Origin: an uncultured Candidatus Saccharibacteria bacterium
Lineage (GTDB): Bacteria > Patescibacteriota > Saccharimonadia > CAILAD01 > JADZBC01
Direction of reading: 5' to 3'
Assembly: GCA_964600985.1 (NCBI GenBank)
Contig: CAZRJR010000001.1
Location: 45,319-109,318, forward strand
DNA length: 64,000 nt
Shown here: one piece after another, positions 8,308 through 17,791 of the stretch
How positions within the stretch are numbered: position 1 is the stretch's first letter
How the letters are laid out: each line of letters begins with the position of its first letter
Made by a program: the position numbers and the translations under genes
Notes under the pieces: model-generated
The model's input: only the letters and a program-made list of their open reading frames with translations
The model's database searches: none
Told to the model about the DNA's origin: nothing

Positions 8308-9603
8308 GTGCGAATGAAGCACTCCCTACACCATGCCAAGCTGAGTGGCGGCTCCGAGCTCCTACTCATAGATGTGCCAAACTCGCCGGCTCTATACTTT
8401 TCGTCTATTGTGCGCGCTGGATTGCGCTACGGTGAGCCCAAGCGCTCCGAGCTACCTCACTTGCTGGAGCATTTGGCATTTGAGGGCAATAAGGACTACC
8501 CCGACGGCCAAGACTTTGCCTTTGAGGTAGAGAAGCTCGGTGCGTACTCCAATGCCGAAACGAGTGAAACCGCAATTCGCTACTGGTTTGAGTCGAGCAT
8601 TAGCTCGCTCGATAATGTAATTAGTTTGGCCTGCTCACAGCTCAAGGAACCAACCTTTGCGCCCAAGGCTATTCGACAAGAAAAAGAGGTAGTTACCCAA
8701 GAGCTTCTGCGCTATAAGGAAGACGATGGTGAGCGAGCCTGGTTAGCTAACATGCGCCAATTCTTTGCGGATGGCTACCCAAGCATACGGCAGAGCATAG
8801 AGTCGTTGGATGCTATTCGGCGCAAAGACTTGGTGGACTTTTACAATGCCACCCATACTACGGGCAATACTAAGTTTCTGCTCGCGGGTGCGTTTAATGG
8901 CAATGCACAGCATACGGTTCGCCAGCTCGAGCAAAACCTAGCCGACTACCGCGCTGGCAAAGAACTCGACTGGGTGGCGCGCCCTCTTACTCCCAAACTC
9001 GAGCGGAGTAGTAGTTTAACCACTAAGCTTTCTGCCCAGGCGCACTTTCGTCTTACCTTCCACTTGCCAGAGTCACACTACGAGCTCCTGCCAGCGTTGA
9101 GGATATTCAATACTATCTTTAACGTAGGTAGTTTCTCGCGCTATCATCACTTGGCCCGTCGTCGTGGGCTTTCGTACCATCCATACTCTGGTTTTGGCAC
9201 AAACCCGGACTACACGGAGTTCTTCATGGCTGATCAAACGGAGCCGAGCAAAGCCCTGCCGCTCTTTGAATTAGGCGTGCGCGAGCTTAGTAAGATTATG
9301 CAAGGCGAATTTAGCGCGCGTGAGTTTGAGCGAGCCAGGGGTTACGTAACGGGCGATTTTGAATCGAGCTTTCAAAAGCCGAGTAACTTTGCAGGCTGGT
9401 ATGGACATGACTTTAGCGCTGGCCGCAAGCTAACTGACCCAACTGAGTACAAGGCTCGCTTGGAGGCTGTGCAGCCTGCCGATCTAGAGCAGCTGGCTAT
9501 ACTGTTTACATCTGGTAGATGGGTACTAAGCCTAGTGGGGCAGACCATGCGTGAGCAAGAAGATAAGTTCCGCATGGTGCTACGGAAGTATTTAGGGCGT
9601 TAA
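8308..9603 (+). CDS. M16-family (pitrilysin-like) zinc peptidase
   Basis: 431 aa. It carries the inverted zinc-binding motif HxxEH (LPHLLEHLAFEG) with a downstream Glu-rich segment, and its size is typical of M16B. Confidence 0.65.
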   Translation: MRMKHSLHHAKLSGGSELLLIDVPNSPALYFSSIVRAGLRYGEPKRSELPHLLEHLAFEGNKDYPDGQDFAFEVEKLGAYSNAETSETAIRYWFESSISSLDNVISLACSQLKEPTFAPKAIRQEKEVVTQELLRYKEDDGERAWLANMRQFFADGYPSIRQSIESLDAIRRKDLVDFYNATHTTGNTKFLLAGAFNGNAQHTVRQLEQNLADYRAGKELDWVARPLTPKLERSSSLTTKLSAQAHFRLTFHLPESHYELLPALRIFNTIFNVGSFSRYHHLARRRGLSYHPYSGFGTNPDYTEFFMADQTEPSKALPLFELGVRELSKIMQGEFSAREFERARGYVTGDFESSFQKPSNFAGWYGHDFSAGRKLTDPTEYKARLEAVQPADLEQLAILFTSGRWVLSLVGQTMREQEDKFRMVLRKYLGR

Positions 9604-9693
9604 TATCCTTAGACCCGGGCGTGTCTGAAGCGTCTAATGCGGAATTGTTGTCCACCCCTTGTCCTTTTCTTGAGAAGAAGTTAGAGTTAGGCT

Positions 9694-10077
9694 ATGGATC
9701 TAATTCAGCAAGGATATGAACAGAAGGGGGCGTGGGGTATCTCTACATCTATAGACTTGTACGGATGTGACGCTGAAAAAATCCGTAATGCCAAAGCTAT
9801 TGAAAATTTTGTGGTTGAGCTCTGTGATCTAATAAAAGTAACGCGGTTTGGTGAGTGTCAGGTTGTTCACTTCGGTGAAAAAGAAGAGATTGCTGGTTTC
9901 TCTATGACACAGCTTATTGAAACATCGCTTGTTTCTGCTCACTTTGCTAATCAAACAAATACAACTTACCTAGATGTTTTTTCTTGTAAATACTATAACC
10001 CGCAAATAGTTGCTGATTTCGCTAAAAAGTATTTTGAAGCCGAGAATTACGCCATGAATTATAATCTAAGAAAGTAG
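9694..10077 (+). CDS. S-adenosylmethionine-decarboxylase-fold (SpeH/SpeD class 1b-like) protein with substituted processing/catalytic residues
   Basis: 127 aa. It can be aligned by eye to B. subtilis SpeD (GCDxxKL near the N-terminus; IIETSLVSAHFANQ versus VIISESHLTIHSFPE). The Ser that becomes the pyruvoyl group (E-S-H) is Thr here, and the adjacent His and the FPE Glu are not conserved. Confidence 0.55.
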   Translation: MDLIQQGYEQKGAWGISTSIDLYGCDAEKIRNAKAIENFVVELCDLIKVTRFGECQVVHFGEKEEIAGFSMTQLIETSLVSAHFANQTNTTYLDVFSCKYYNPQIVADFAKKYFEAENYAMNYNLRK

Positions 10078-10083
10078 AATAGT

Positions 10084-11298
10084 ATGAATCCAGAAAGGCC
10101 ATCTTCCATTTCTAGCAAAGAAAAGGGCTCTACTGAGTCAGGGAGAGATATCCAGCCATCTGGGTTTGATTTTGAGGCATATCGGGTTTTGTTGGATCAA
10201 GGTGCCGTCGGTTCTCGTAAAATAGGCCTGATGGATCCAGATATGGCACAACAAGCTTTCCTAGACCAAAGGACTGTACTGGTTAACACTCAAGGAATGT
10301 CCGTACCGGCGATTGTGCCAATTGAATATGTGGAAGGGTGGGATCAGGAGCGAGCACGAAGGATTGCGCAGGAAAACGATAGCGAGGGCCAGGAAGTTTA
10401 CTACTTGGCGTTGTCGGGGGATATGATCGAACAATTTGTGCGGCAGCCCGAAGCACTCGCCGATCTGGCTTCGAAGGCGCGAGAAGGATTGAAGTTGTAC
10501 TTTGAGCATACATTGGCTCAAGACGATAAAGTGGTAGAAAACTTAGGAAGATTATTATCTGCAGCTGGTTTAAGCTGGCACGAATTACCGCTCATGGACT
10601 CCCAGGCACAGGAAGGGAGGGAGCAGGCCTCAATGTCCTTTTACGCTGCCCTAACTCATCACACTAGTGTCGAAACGACACCTCTGGAGCCAATTAGTAT
10701 TTACGAAAGATTTGAACAACTTGTTGCAGAAGGAAAATATGAAAAGTTTCCTGAGAACGGCCCAACTATTCTTGGCACACAAGACTTAGACCAACATCTT
10801 AGAGACCAGCTATGGGATTTATATGAACAAAGATTCCAAGATTTAGGAGAGAATCATCCTATTTCAATGGAGGATAATCGAGATTTCTTTGAACAACTCA
10901 TCGAAACACAAGGTACTACTTTGAGTGTGTACTTCAACGAAGGAAGGCCAGTTGCGTTTATGTTCTTTATGACTAGTCCGGAATCAATTTCTTGGATTAA
11001 TTCTGATTTTATAGAGGAGCATACAAGGGGTGAAGAGCGATTCTTGTTCTTTCCTGGTATCGTGGCACGAGCAGATGGCGTCGGGCATTATGCCGAGCCC
11101 GTTATACAGTTGCCGACTCACGTTATTTCTCAGACCAGCTTAGATTATAGAGTTTGTTTTGAGAGCACAAATCGATCAAGTGGCTATATTCCAAGACTTG
11201 TAGAGGATTATGTAAACGCAACAGCAGAGCTTAGTATCGACCCGCCTGCACCCATTGATACAACATATTATCGATGCTTAGAGGTGAAAGGGGCTTAA
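10084..11298 (+). CDS. hypothetical protein (possible acyltransferase-like C-terminal half)
   Basis: 404-aa ORF that starts 7 nt after the preceding gene. It is AT-rich like its neighbours. No confident motif. Confidence 0.5.
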   Translation: MNPERPSSISSKEKGSTESGRDIQPSGFDFEAYRVLLDQGAVGSRKIGLMDPDMAQQAFLDQRTVLVNTQGMSVPAIVPIEYVEGWDQERARRIAQENDSEGQEVYYLALSGDMIEQFVRQPEALADLASKAREGLKLYFEHTLAQDDKVVENLGRLLSAAGLSWHELPLMDSQAQEGREQASMSFYAALTHHTSVETTPLEPISIYERFEQLVAEGKYEKFPENGPTILGTQDLDQHLRDQLWDLYEQRFQDLGENHPISMEDNRDFFEQLIETQGTTLSVYFNEGRPVAFMFFMTSPESISWINSDFIEEHTRGEERFLFFPGIVARADGVGHYAEPVIQLPTHVISQTSLDYRVCFESTNRSSGYIPRLVEDYVNATAELSIDPPAPIDTTYYRCLEVKGA

Positions 11299-12242
11299 CG
11301 TACCCAGTTAACGGAGTATTTTTTCAGGAAAGCACTCGGTCTCAATAGTAACTTATGTTGCCTCAGGCCTTCTATACCCAGGTCTTGCTCGAGGTTAACA
11401 TGGGTTAGGCCGTGATCTGCCAGTAGTCCAAGTGCAGAGTAGAATAGATAATCAAATAGATAATTAAATTTATAACTGCACTTAATATGGTGAATTATCG
11501 CATAACCTTTATTCGGTAGTATAGTGGTAATTAAGAAGCCCTCTATTTTGTTGTTAATGTAGAGGCGTAAGACGTGGCAGCCTGCTCCATTCAGTGAAAT
11601 CAATCTTCGTTGCAATGCAATATTTTCAACCTCTTCAGGGTCGTTACCAAATTGATAGGCACTTTTCCAGTTTCTTAAGAGTGATATTAGCTCTTTGCCT
11701 TCTTGCCCGCCAGTCAGTTTAGTAAATGTTGTCTTGATGTTTTTTTCATAACTCTTTTTGAATGAGTTAATTTGATATCGAAGTCTTTTATATTCAGGAC
11801 CACCCAGGCTTAAAAAAGTTGGGATATGATATACGTAGTCCCAATTGTCCCTGTTTTCAGTAATAGATATAAAGTCCAAATCTATTTCGTGCATAAGACA
11901 TTCTGGCAGCATTGTTAGCATGTATGTAGATGGAGCGTTACCGATTAGCTTTTGTATGGTTTCGTTTGCTAAAGAACTTCCAAGTATACTGATGCTTGGC
12001 TCAAGCGGATTGTTGCTGAATATGTCCGTAAATTTAAAAATGACATTGTTGTTGAGCTGAGCAATCACTAAATCGTCATTTATGTTGAGCCACGTCATGA
12101 GATTTGCGAAACAGAAGTCTGCGTATGGATCAAATTTTTCGTAGAATTCTACATACCACTGACTGTCTGTGGTATCAATCGATCTGAAAGAAGGGAACAG
12201 AGGTAGGTTTCCGGGTAACATATATAGGCAAGCATAGCACAA
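11295..12242 (-). CDS. hypothetical protein, possibly tandem-GNAT aminoacyl-tRNA-dependent transferase-like (DUF2156/FemAB-like)
   Basis: 315-aa ORF convergent with, and overlapping by 4 nt, the preceding gene. The family assignment rests only on size and composition pattern and is held with low confidence. Confidence 0.4.
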   Translation of the reverse strand: MCYACLYMLPGNLPLFPSFRSIDTTDSQWYVEFYEKFDPYADFCFANLMTWLNINDDLVIAQLNNNVIFKFTDIFSNNPLEPSISILGSSLANETIQKLIGNAPSTYMLTMLPECLMHEIDLDFISITENRDNWDYVYHIPTFLSLGGPEYKRLRYQINSFKKSYEKNIKTTFTKLTGGQEGKELISLLRNWKSAYQFGNDPEEVENIALQRRLISLNGAGCHVLRLYINNKIEGFLITTILPNKGYAIIHHIKCSYKFNYLFDYLFYSALGLLADHGLTHVNLEQDLGIEGLRQHKLLLRPSAFLKKYSVNWVR

Positions 12243-12300
12243 CTCTACTCCTGTCGCTATTTAATAAGAAAAAGCTTAACTTCTTTGCTATACTTATGCT

Positions 12301-14580
12301 ATGTATATAGGCCAAGCACTCATATATGTGCCGATCGTCATCGGGGTATTTATTATTGCCTCTCTTACATATTTTCGTAGAGCAACGAACGGCCTTTTTA
12401 TGTTTTCAGTTTTTAGTCTTGTTATAGGCTGCTGGATTGGCGTACAGGGGTTAGCTCAACTCAATACATCGACAGCTAACAACTTAATGTTTATACGAGC
12501 TTCAAGCGCATTTTCTGTTTTGATTGGACTTACATTCTACTTATTTATCTTTTCTTATCTAAAGACTCCACGTAATAAAATACTAGATATTCTTATCTTC
12601 TCATCATCTTTAGTGTTTTTCGGACTAAATTGCACCGGTGTAATGATTCAAAAGGTCGAGGTTACTTCAGCAGGAATATCGGTAACAGAAGCCTCAAGCC
12701 TATACACCGCTCAGTTGATTTTTGTGGGCTTGTTGGTAATCGGGAGTCTTATAAAGCTCTTTCGCATGGCGCGCAAAGAAACTAAGGTAAATAGATTTAA
12801 GAATTACCTTATGATATTCGCTTTCGTTCAAGCGGTAGTTTTTTCTGTTGGGGCAACAATCTTTTTCCCTACTCTCGCTATCAGTCAATATGCAATCGTG
12901 GGGTCTATTTTCCTCATGGTCCTTATTATTGCGTATGCAATCATTAGACATAAGCTGTTTGATATTCGAGCTGTTGTTGCGAGAGCCCTCACTTATTTAC
13001 TTGTAATTGTCACAATATCCATTACCTATGGCTTACTGGCATTTGTACTTGTCGGTGGTTTAATCTTTAAAGACAGTCAGTTGAGCCTTGCACAGCAAGC
13101 CTTCTATGCCATTTTGGCCGTCATCTTGGCCTTTACCTTCCAGCCAATTCGCCGGTTCTTTGAGCGTGTGACCGACAAGATATTTTACCGTGACAAATAC
13201 GATCCGCAACAGCTTATAAATGCAGTGGGGCGTATACTCACAGCCGAGATTCGCCTAAATGTGCTAACAAAAGAAGTAACTAAGGTGATTGAGCAGCAAA
13301 TGCGCGTGGGTAAGGTGGACATCGTGGTGGTAAATGACAAGAATATATACTACCAAGCGCGGGTGTTGCGTGGCGATAGTAGCGAACTGGAGCTTAAGGA
13401 TCTGCAGGAGCTAGGCAAACCCATGCTGGTGGCAGACGATATGAGCACGGGCGATCGCAAAGATATTATGGACAAGTATGGCTTGCGGGTAAGTATAACC
13501 TTGCGTACCTCAGAGGAGTTCGTGGGCTACTTACTCCTGGGGGAAAAGCTCAGTGGCGATATATACAATGAGCAAGATCTAGCAGTGCTGCGAATTATTG
13601 CCAACGAGCTCGCAGTGGCGGTGCAAAACGCCAAGGCCTATACCGAAATTCAACAGTTCAACAAAACCCTGCAAGCCAAAGTGGTCTCAGCCACACGTAA
13701 GTTACGACGGGCTAATGAAGACCTCAAGGAGCTCGACCAGGCTAAGGATGAGTTTATATCGATGGCGTCGCACCAGCTGCGTACGCCGCTCACTACCGCT
13801 AAAGGCTACGTAAGCATGGTGCTCGAGGGTGACTTTGGTAAAATTGCCCCGGCTATGAAGGAGCCACTCACGCAGGCGCTCGACAGCGCGAACCGTATGG
13901 CTGGGTTGGTAAGTGATTTGCTCAACGTCAGTCGTATGGAGGCCGGCCGATTCTTTATAGATCCAACGGACGTGGATCTAAATACCGAAGTGCCAGCGGA
14001 GCTTAACCAGCTGCAGACCATGGCTGATTCTAAGAGTGTAAAGCTTATTTATCATAAGCCAGCTAAACCAGTACCAATGATGAAGCTGGATTTAGATAAA
14101 ACACGCCAGGTGATTATGAACCTAGCCGACAATGCTATTCACTACAGTGCACCACCAAACGGTGGCGGCAAGGTAGAGGTAAGCTTGGAGCTCGATGGCA
14201 AAGACATTGTGTTTAAGGTAGTGGATAATGGTATTGGTGTGCCAGAAGCTCAGCAGAAGAAATTGTTTAAAAAGTTCTTCCGGGCGGCGAATGCGCAAAA
14301 CACCCGCCCGGACGGAACCGGGCTAGGACTTTACTTAGTGAAGCGAGTGGTAGAGGATCAGGGTGGCGAATTAGTGTTTGAAAGTACTGAGGGTAAGGGC
14401 TCAACCTTCGGCTTTAGGATGCCCGTGCATAATAAAATTCACCCTAACTCTAAGGCAGCTCAAAAATTAGCTGGGAACGAGACGCAGCTGAGCCCAAGTA
14501 GTAAGGCTGAGCTACAGCCAGAACCAATGGAGGCTAAGTCGGCCAAAGTGTCGATTGCCACTAAGTCCAAGACTAAATAA
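12301..14580 (+). CDS. sensor histidine kinase with large N-terminal multi-TM sensor domain
   Basis: 759 aa with about 8 predicted TM helices at the N-terminus. It has a HisKA H-box (SHQLRTPLTTAKGY), an N-box (NLADNAIHYS) and a G-box (GTGLGLYLVKRVVEDQGGEL). No response regulator is adjacent. Confidence 0.85.
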   Translation: MYIGQALIYVPIVIGVFIIASLTYFRRATNGLFMFSVFSLVIGCWIGVQGLAQLNTSTANNLMFIRASSAFSVLIGLTFYLFIFSYLKTPRNKILDILIFSSSLVFFGLNCTGVMIQKVEVTSAGISVTEASSLYTAQLIFVGLLVIGSLIKLFRMARKETKVNRFKNYLMIFAFVQAVVFSVGATIFFPTLAISQYAIVGSIFLMVLIIAYAIIRHKLFDIRAVVARALTYLLVIVTISITYGLLAFVLVGGLIFKDSQLSLAQQAFYAILAVILAFTFQPIRRFFERVTDKIFYRDKYDPQQLINAVGRILTAEIRLNVLTKEVTKVIEQQMRVGKVDIVVVNDKNIYYQARVLRGDSSELELKDLQELGKPMLVADDMSTGDRKDIMDKYGLRVSITLRTSEEFVGYLLLGEKLSGDIYNEQDLAVLRIIANELAVAVQNAKAYTEIQQFNKTLQAKVVSATRKLRRANEDLKELDQAKDEFISMASHQLRTPLTTAKGYVSMVLEGDFGKIAPAMKEPLTQALDSANRMAGLVSDLLNVSRMEAGRFFIDPTDVDLNTEVPAELNQLQTMADSKSVKLIYHKPAKPVPMMKLDLDKTRQVIMNLADNAIHYSAPPNGGGKVEVSLELDGKDIVFKVVDNGIGVPEAQQKKLFKKFFRAANAQNTRPDGTGLGLYLVKRVVEDQGGELVFESTEGKGSTFGFRMPVHNKIHPNSKAAQKLAGNETQLSPSSKAELQPEPMEAKSAKVSIATKSKTK

Positions 14581-14598
14581 CTCTATGACCAGTGTGCA

Positions 14599-14820
14599 TT
14601 GTGCTTACGCAGCACTGGCGTTAAACTAGAACCAAATACGGAGGGTGTTATGCTGGCTTACTTTGTAGTCTCATTTGTAGTTTGCCTCGGTGTATCGAGC
14701 GCGATCATGTTGGCGGCGGATCGTAAACAGCACGTGGCAGCTACTGCCTCTTGGCTGGGCGTGGTAGTATTTTCGTTACTTGTAGCAGCTGCGCTGTCAC
14801 TTCTCAATATTGGTCGCTAA
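14599..14820 (+). CDS. small hypothetical membrane protein
   Basis: 73 aa with two hydrophobic helices, immediately downstream of the kinase. Confidence 0.3.
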   Translation: MCLRSTGVKLEPNTEGVMLAYFVVSFVVCLGVSSAIMLAADRKQHVAATASWLGVVVFSLLVAAALSLLNIGR

Positions 14821-14863
14821 GGGGTAATGGCCAGCTTGGTGTGAAAGTGCTAGACTAAGGGTT

Positions 14864-16042
14864 ATGAATAAACTCATTTCGGTTCGAAATGTAAACGTAC
14901 ATGGCAAGCGCGTGTTCTTGCGGGTGGATTTTAACGTGCCCATGGAAGGCGCCAAGATTACTGACGATCGCCGCATCGATGCTGCGGTACCTACCATAGA
15001 ATATTTGCTCGACCAGGGTGCGAGCATAATTATAGCGAGCCACTTGGGTAGGCCAGATGGCAAAGTGGTACCAGAGCTTAGTCTGGAGCCGATTGCTGCT
15101 AAGCTCGCCGAGGTGCTAGACAGAAAGGTAGAGTTTGTAGCCGAAGCAGTCGGGCCTAGCGTGCACGAGCAGGCTAGTAAACTCAAACCCGGGCAAATAC
15201 TTATGCTCGAGAACCTACGTTTTTACCCCGACGAAGAAGCTAACGGCATGGAGTTTGCTCGTGAATTAGCAAGTCTCGCCGACGTGTATGTAGATGATGC
15301 TTTTGCTTGTGTGCACAGGGCCCACGCCTCGATTGTAGGCGTGGCGGCCTTACTGCCACATGCGGCTGGGTTCTTGGTCGAAGAAGAATTCCATACATTA
15401 CATGGTTTGCTCGAGAAGCCCGAACACCCGTTCGTGGCAATCATTGGTGGGGCTAAGGTAGCTGATAAGTTTGAACTTTTAGACAACCTTCTTGGTTTGG
15501 TTGATAGTATTGTGATTGGTGGTGCGATGGCCAATACGTTTTTAATCGCGCAAGGCTATGGAGTGGGTAAGAGTGTAGCCGAACCAGAGCTCAAAGACAA
15601 AGTGACTACATTTATTACTAAGGCTGCTAAGCACGAGGTAGAGTTGGTATTACCAACCGACGTAGTGGTTAGCAAATCGCTTGACAGTAAAGAGGCCAAA
15701 ACGGTGACTGTGGACGATATTGAGGGCGATGATATGGCGCTTGATTTGGGGCCAAAGACTACGGAGGCAATTAAGAAAGTTATAGCGTCGAGCAAAACGG
15801 TGTTTTGGAATGGGCCACTTGGCTATACGGAAAACGAAGCCTTTGTTGCTAGTTCGAGCGCTGTGGCTGAAGCCATTATTACTTCTGGAACCCACTCAAT
15901 CATTGGTGGTGGGGACACATCTGGGTTCTTGGATCAATACAGTAAGCCCGATAAGTTTGGGTTTATTTCTACCGGCGGTGGGGCTAGCTTGGAGCTCTTG
16001 GCCGGCAAAGAACTACCTGGGATTGCAGCACTCCAGAAGTAA
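14864..16042 (+). CDS. pgk: phosphoglycerate kinase
   Basis: 392 aa with RVDFNVP and the hinge/GGGA motifs typical of Pgk. Confidence 0.9.
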   Translation: MNKLISVRNVNVHGKRVFLRVDFNVPMEGAKITDDRRIDAAVPTIEYLLDQGASIIIASHLGRPDGKVVPELSLEPIAAKLAEVLDRKVEFVAEAVGPSVHEQASKLKPGQILMLENLRFYPDEEANGMEFARELASLADVYVDDAFACVHRAHASIVGVAALLPHAAGFLVEEEFHTLHGLLEKPEHPFVAIIGGAKVADKFELLDNLLGLVDSIVIGGAMANTFLIAQGYGVGKSVAEPELKDKVTTFITKAAKHEVELVLPTDVVVSKSLDSKEAKTVTVDDIEGDDMALDLGPKTTEAIKKVIASSKTVFWNGPLGYTENEAFVASSSAVAEAIITSGTHSIIGGGDTSGFLDQYSKPDKFGFISTGGGASLELLAGKELPGIAALQK

Positions 16043-16360
16043 TCCATCTTCATCTTGTAGCTAATCCCGACTTTGGAGTTGGAGATATTATGCTCATCAT
16101 CCCGAGCCTTCTTCGTCACCCTACCCTCCGTGTCATTCCGGCGTAGGCCGGAATCCAGTCCTTAAATAATCTTTACTTTTGAAGATACCAAAAGTAAACA
16201 AAAGTATTTCCGACCTACTGGTTCGCATACGAGGTGCGTTCGTTCGTCTATACCCCAGAATGTCGTGCCCACTGCAAGTTTGAGTACTCTCGTGGCTCAC
16301 TCCGTCTGGATTATAGACTCCTCACTACCTGATGCCCCACGGTCAAGGCGGGGCAGGTGG

Positions 16361-17722
16361 CTACGGTAGTGCGTAAGTATTACGAATGCGGTGTAGCGCA
16401 AAGATATTACCCAGTGACTGATCGCTACCCGGCACGGTGCTAACCGCAGTGCTAAAGCCAGCTTGCTGGGCTGCGGTAATCGACACCGTATTGTATGAGC
16501 CATACGGGTAGGCAAGTGTAGTAATGCTCAGTCCAAGCTCTTGTTCGAGGCGCTGTTTCGAAGTGGTAATTTGATATACTTGATCGCCGGCGCTGAGCCC
16601 GGCGAGCGCCAGGTGGTCTATCGTGTGGGCACCAATCTCGATTAGTTCGCTGGCCACTAGGCCGCGCACCTCGTCCCAATTCATGTATGAGTCTCCGCAG
16701 GCCAAGCCGGGTGTGCGCTCTATGCCAATGCAGTACTTACTCTTCTCGCCACCGATAATAAGGTAGTAGGTGGCGCGCATTTGGTACTTTTGCAGGATGC
16801 TGAGCGCGCGCAGTTGGTCGCTATAACCATCGTCAAATGTTATCACTAATGGCTTGGGCGGCAGGGTGCAGGTTTTACGTAAGCCGCATGCTACCTGGGC
16901 CATGGTAATGGTGGTGTAACCACGCTTTTGTATAATCTGGAGTTGAGACTCGAAGTCGGTCGGCGTTTTATGATACATAACGATCGGGATAAACGTAGTG
17001 TCATGCACAGGTGCAGCAGCTTGGGCGGCTCCGGCATGCTTTGCTTGCTTGGCTTTTGCCTCAGCGAGCTCTGCAATTTTCTGATCCACGAAGGCATTGT
17101 CGGCGCCTAGTTTGCTTTGGAGTGCAGTAAGTCGCCATATAGCCTCGACCGGTTGAGCTGTAGCGAAGAGCCAATTAATGTGGTCAAGTTCATCGCTGGC
17201 GTTATAAAGCCCAGCAATAATAATGCCGTGTGCTACCTGTTCATCGGCAATGCTATGCTCAGTTAGGCTTGCCTGCTTGTAGTCCTCATAGAGGGTACTC
17301 ACGGCACTAGTGGTTTGTGCAGTACCGGGCTGAAGCACGAAAAAGTTGTGGTGCCAGCGGTGTAATCCAAATGCAATAAGCGCTGTAAGACTCGTAGCTA
17401 ATACAATGCCCCTAAAAACTGCAGTGCTAAAATATTTGCGAGGCTCCTTAGTAGATAATTGTAGAGTAGTCTCTGGTTCGGTCTGAGGTATAACGTGCTC
17501 TATGGGTTCGCCCGAGCGCACGCTTTGGGCTTCCGCCAGCTCAACTGGTGGAGTAGTAGTGATCTCTTGAGTATTCGTGAGATCTGCTTGGACCAACTCC
17601 TGGGTGTTAGGATTAACCTCTGATGGTATAGCCTCGATTTCTAAACGAGGTTTTGCGCGGTATACGGCCTTTTTGCGCGCTTTGGTTTTGCGTGATGAAT
17701 GAGTTCTTTTCGATTTTGCCAT
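16361..17722 (-). CDS. polysaccharide deacetylase (NodB-type) with basic N-terminus and TM anchor
   Basis: NodB motif 1 is TFDDGYSDQ and there is a His motif IGAHTIDH. The N-terminus is KR-rich and a TM helix (VFRGIVLATSLTALIAFGL) follows. Confidence 0.8.
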   Translation of the reverse strand: MAKSKRTHSSRKTKARKKAVYRAKPRLEIEAIPSEVNPNTQELVQADLTNTQEITTTPPVELAEAQSVRSGEPIEHVIPQTEPETTLQLSTKEPRKYFSTAVFRGIVLATSLTALIAFGLHRWHHNFFVLQPGTAQTTSAVSTLYEDYKQASLTEHSIADEQVAHGIIIAGLYNASDELDHINWLFATAQPVEAIWRLTALQSKLGADNAFVDQKIAELAEAKAKQAKHAGAAQAAAPVHDTTFIPIVMYHKTPTDFESQLQIIQKRGYTTITMAQVACGLRKTCTLPPKPLVITFDDGYSDQLRALSILQKYQMRATYYLIIGGEKSKYCIGIERTPGLACGDSYMNWDEVRGLVASELIEIGAHTIDHLALAGLSAGDQVYQITTSKQRLEQELGLSITTLAYPYGSYNTVSITAAQQAGFSTAVSTVPGSDQSLGNIFALHRIRNTYALP

Positions 17723-17791
17723 AGCCAGGGGTTAATGCATGTAACTTATATAGTTTAGCAAACTATTGCCCGGGCGCGTAGGCTACAGACG

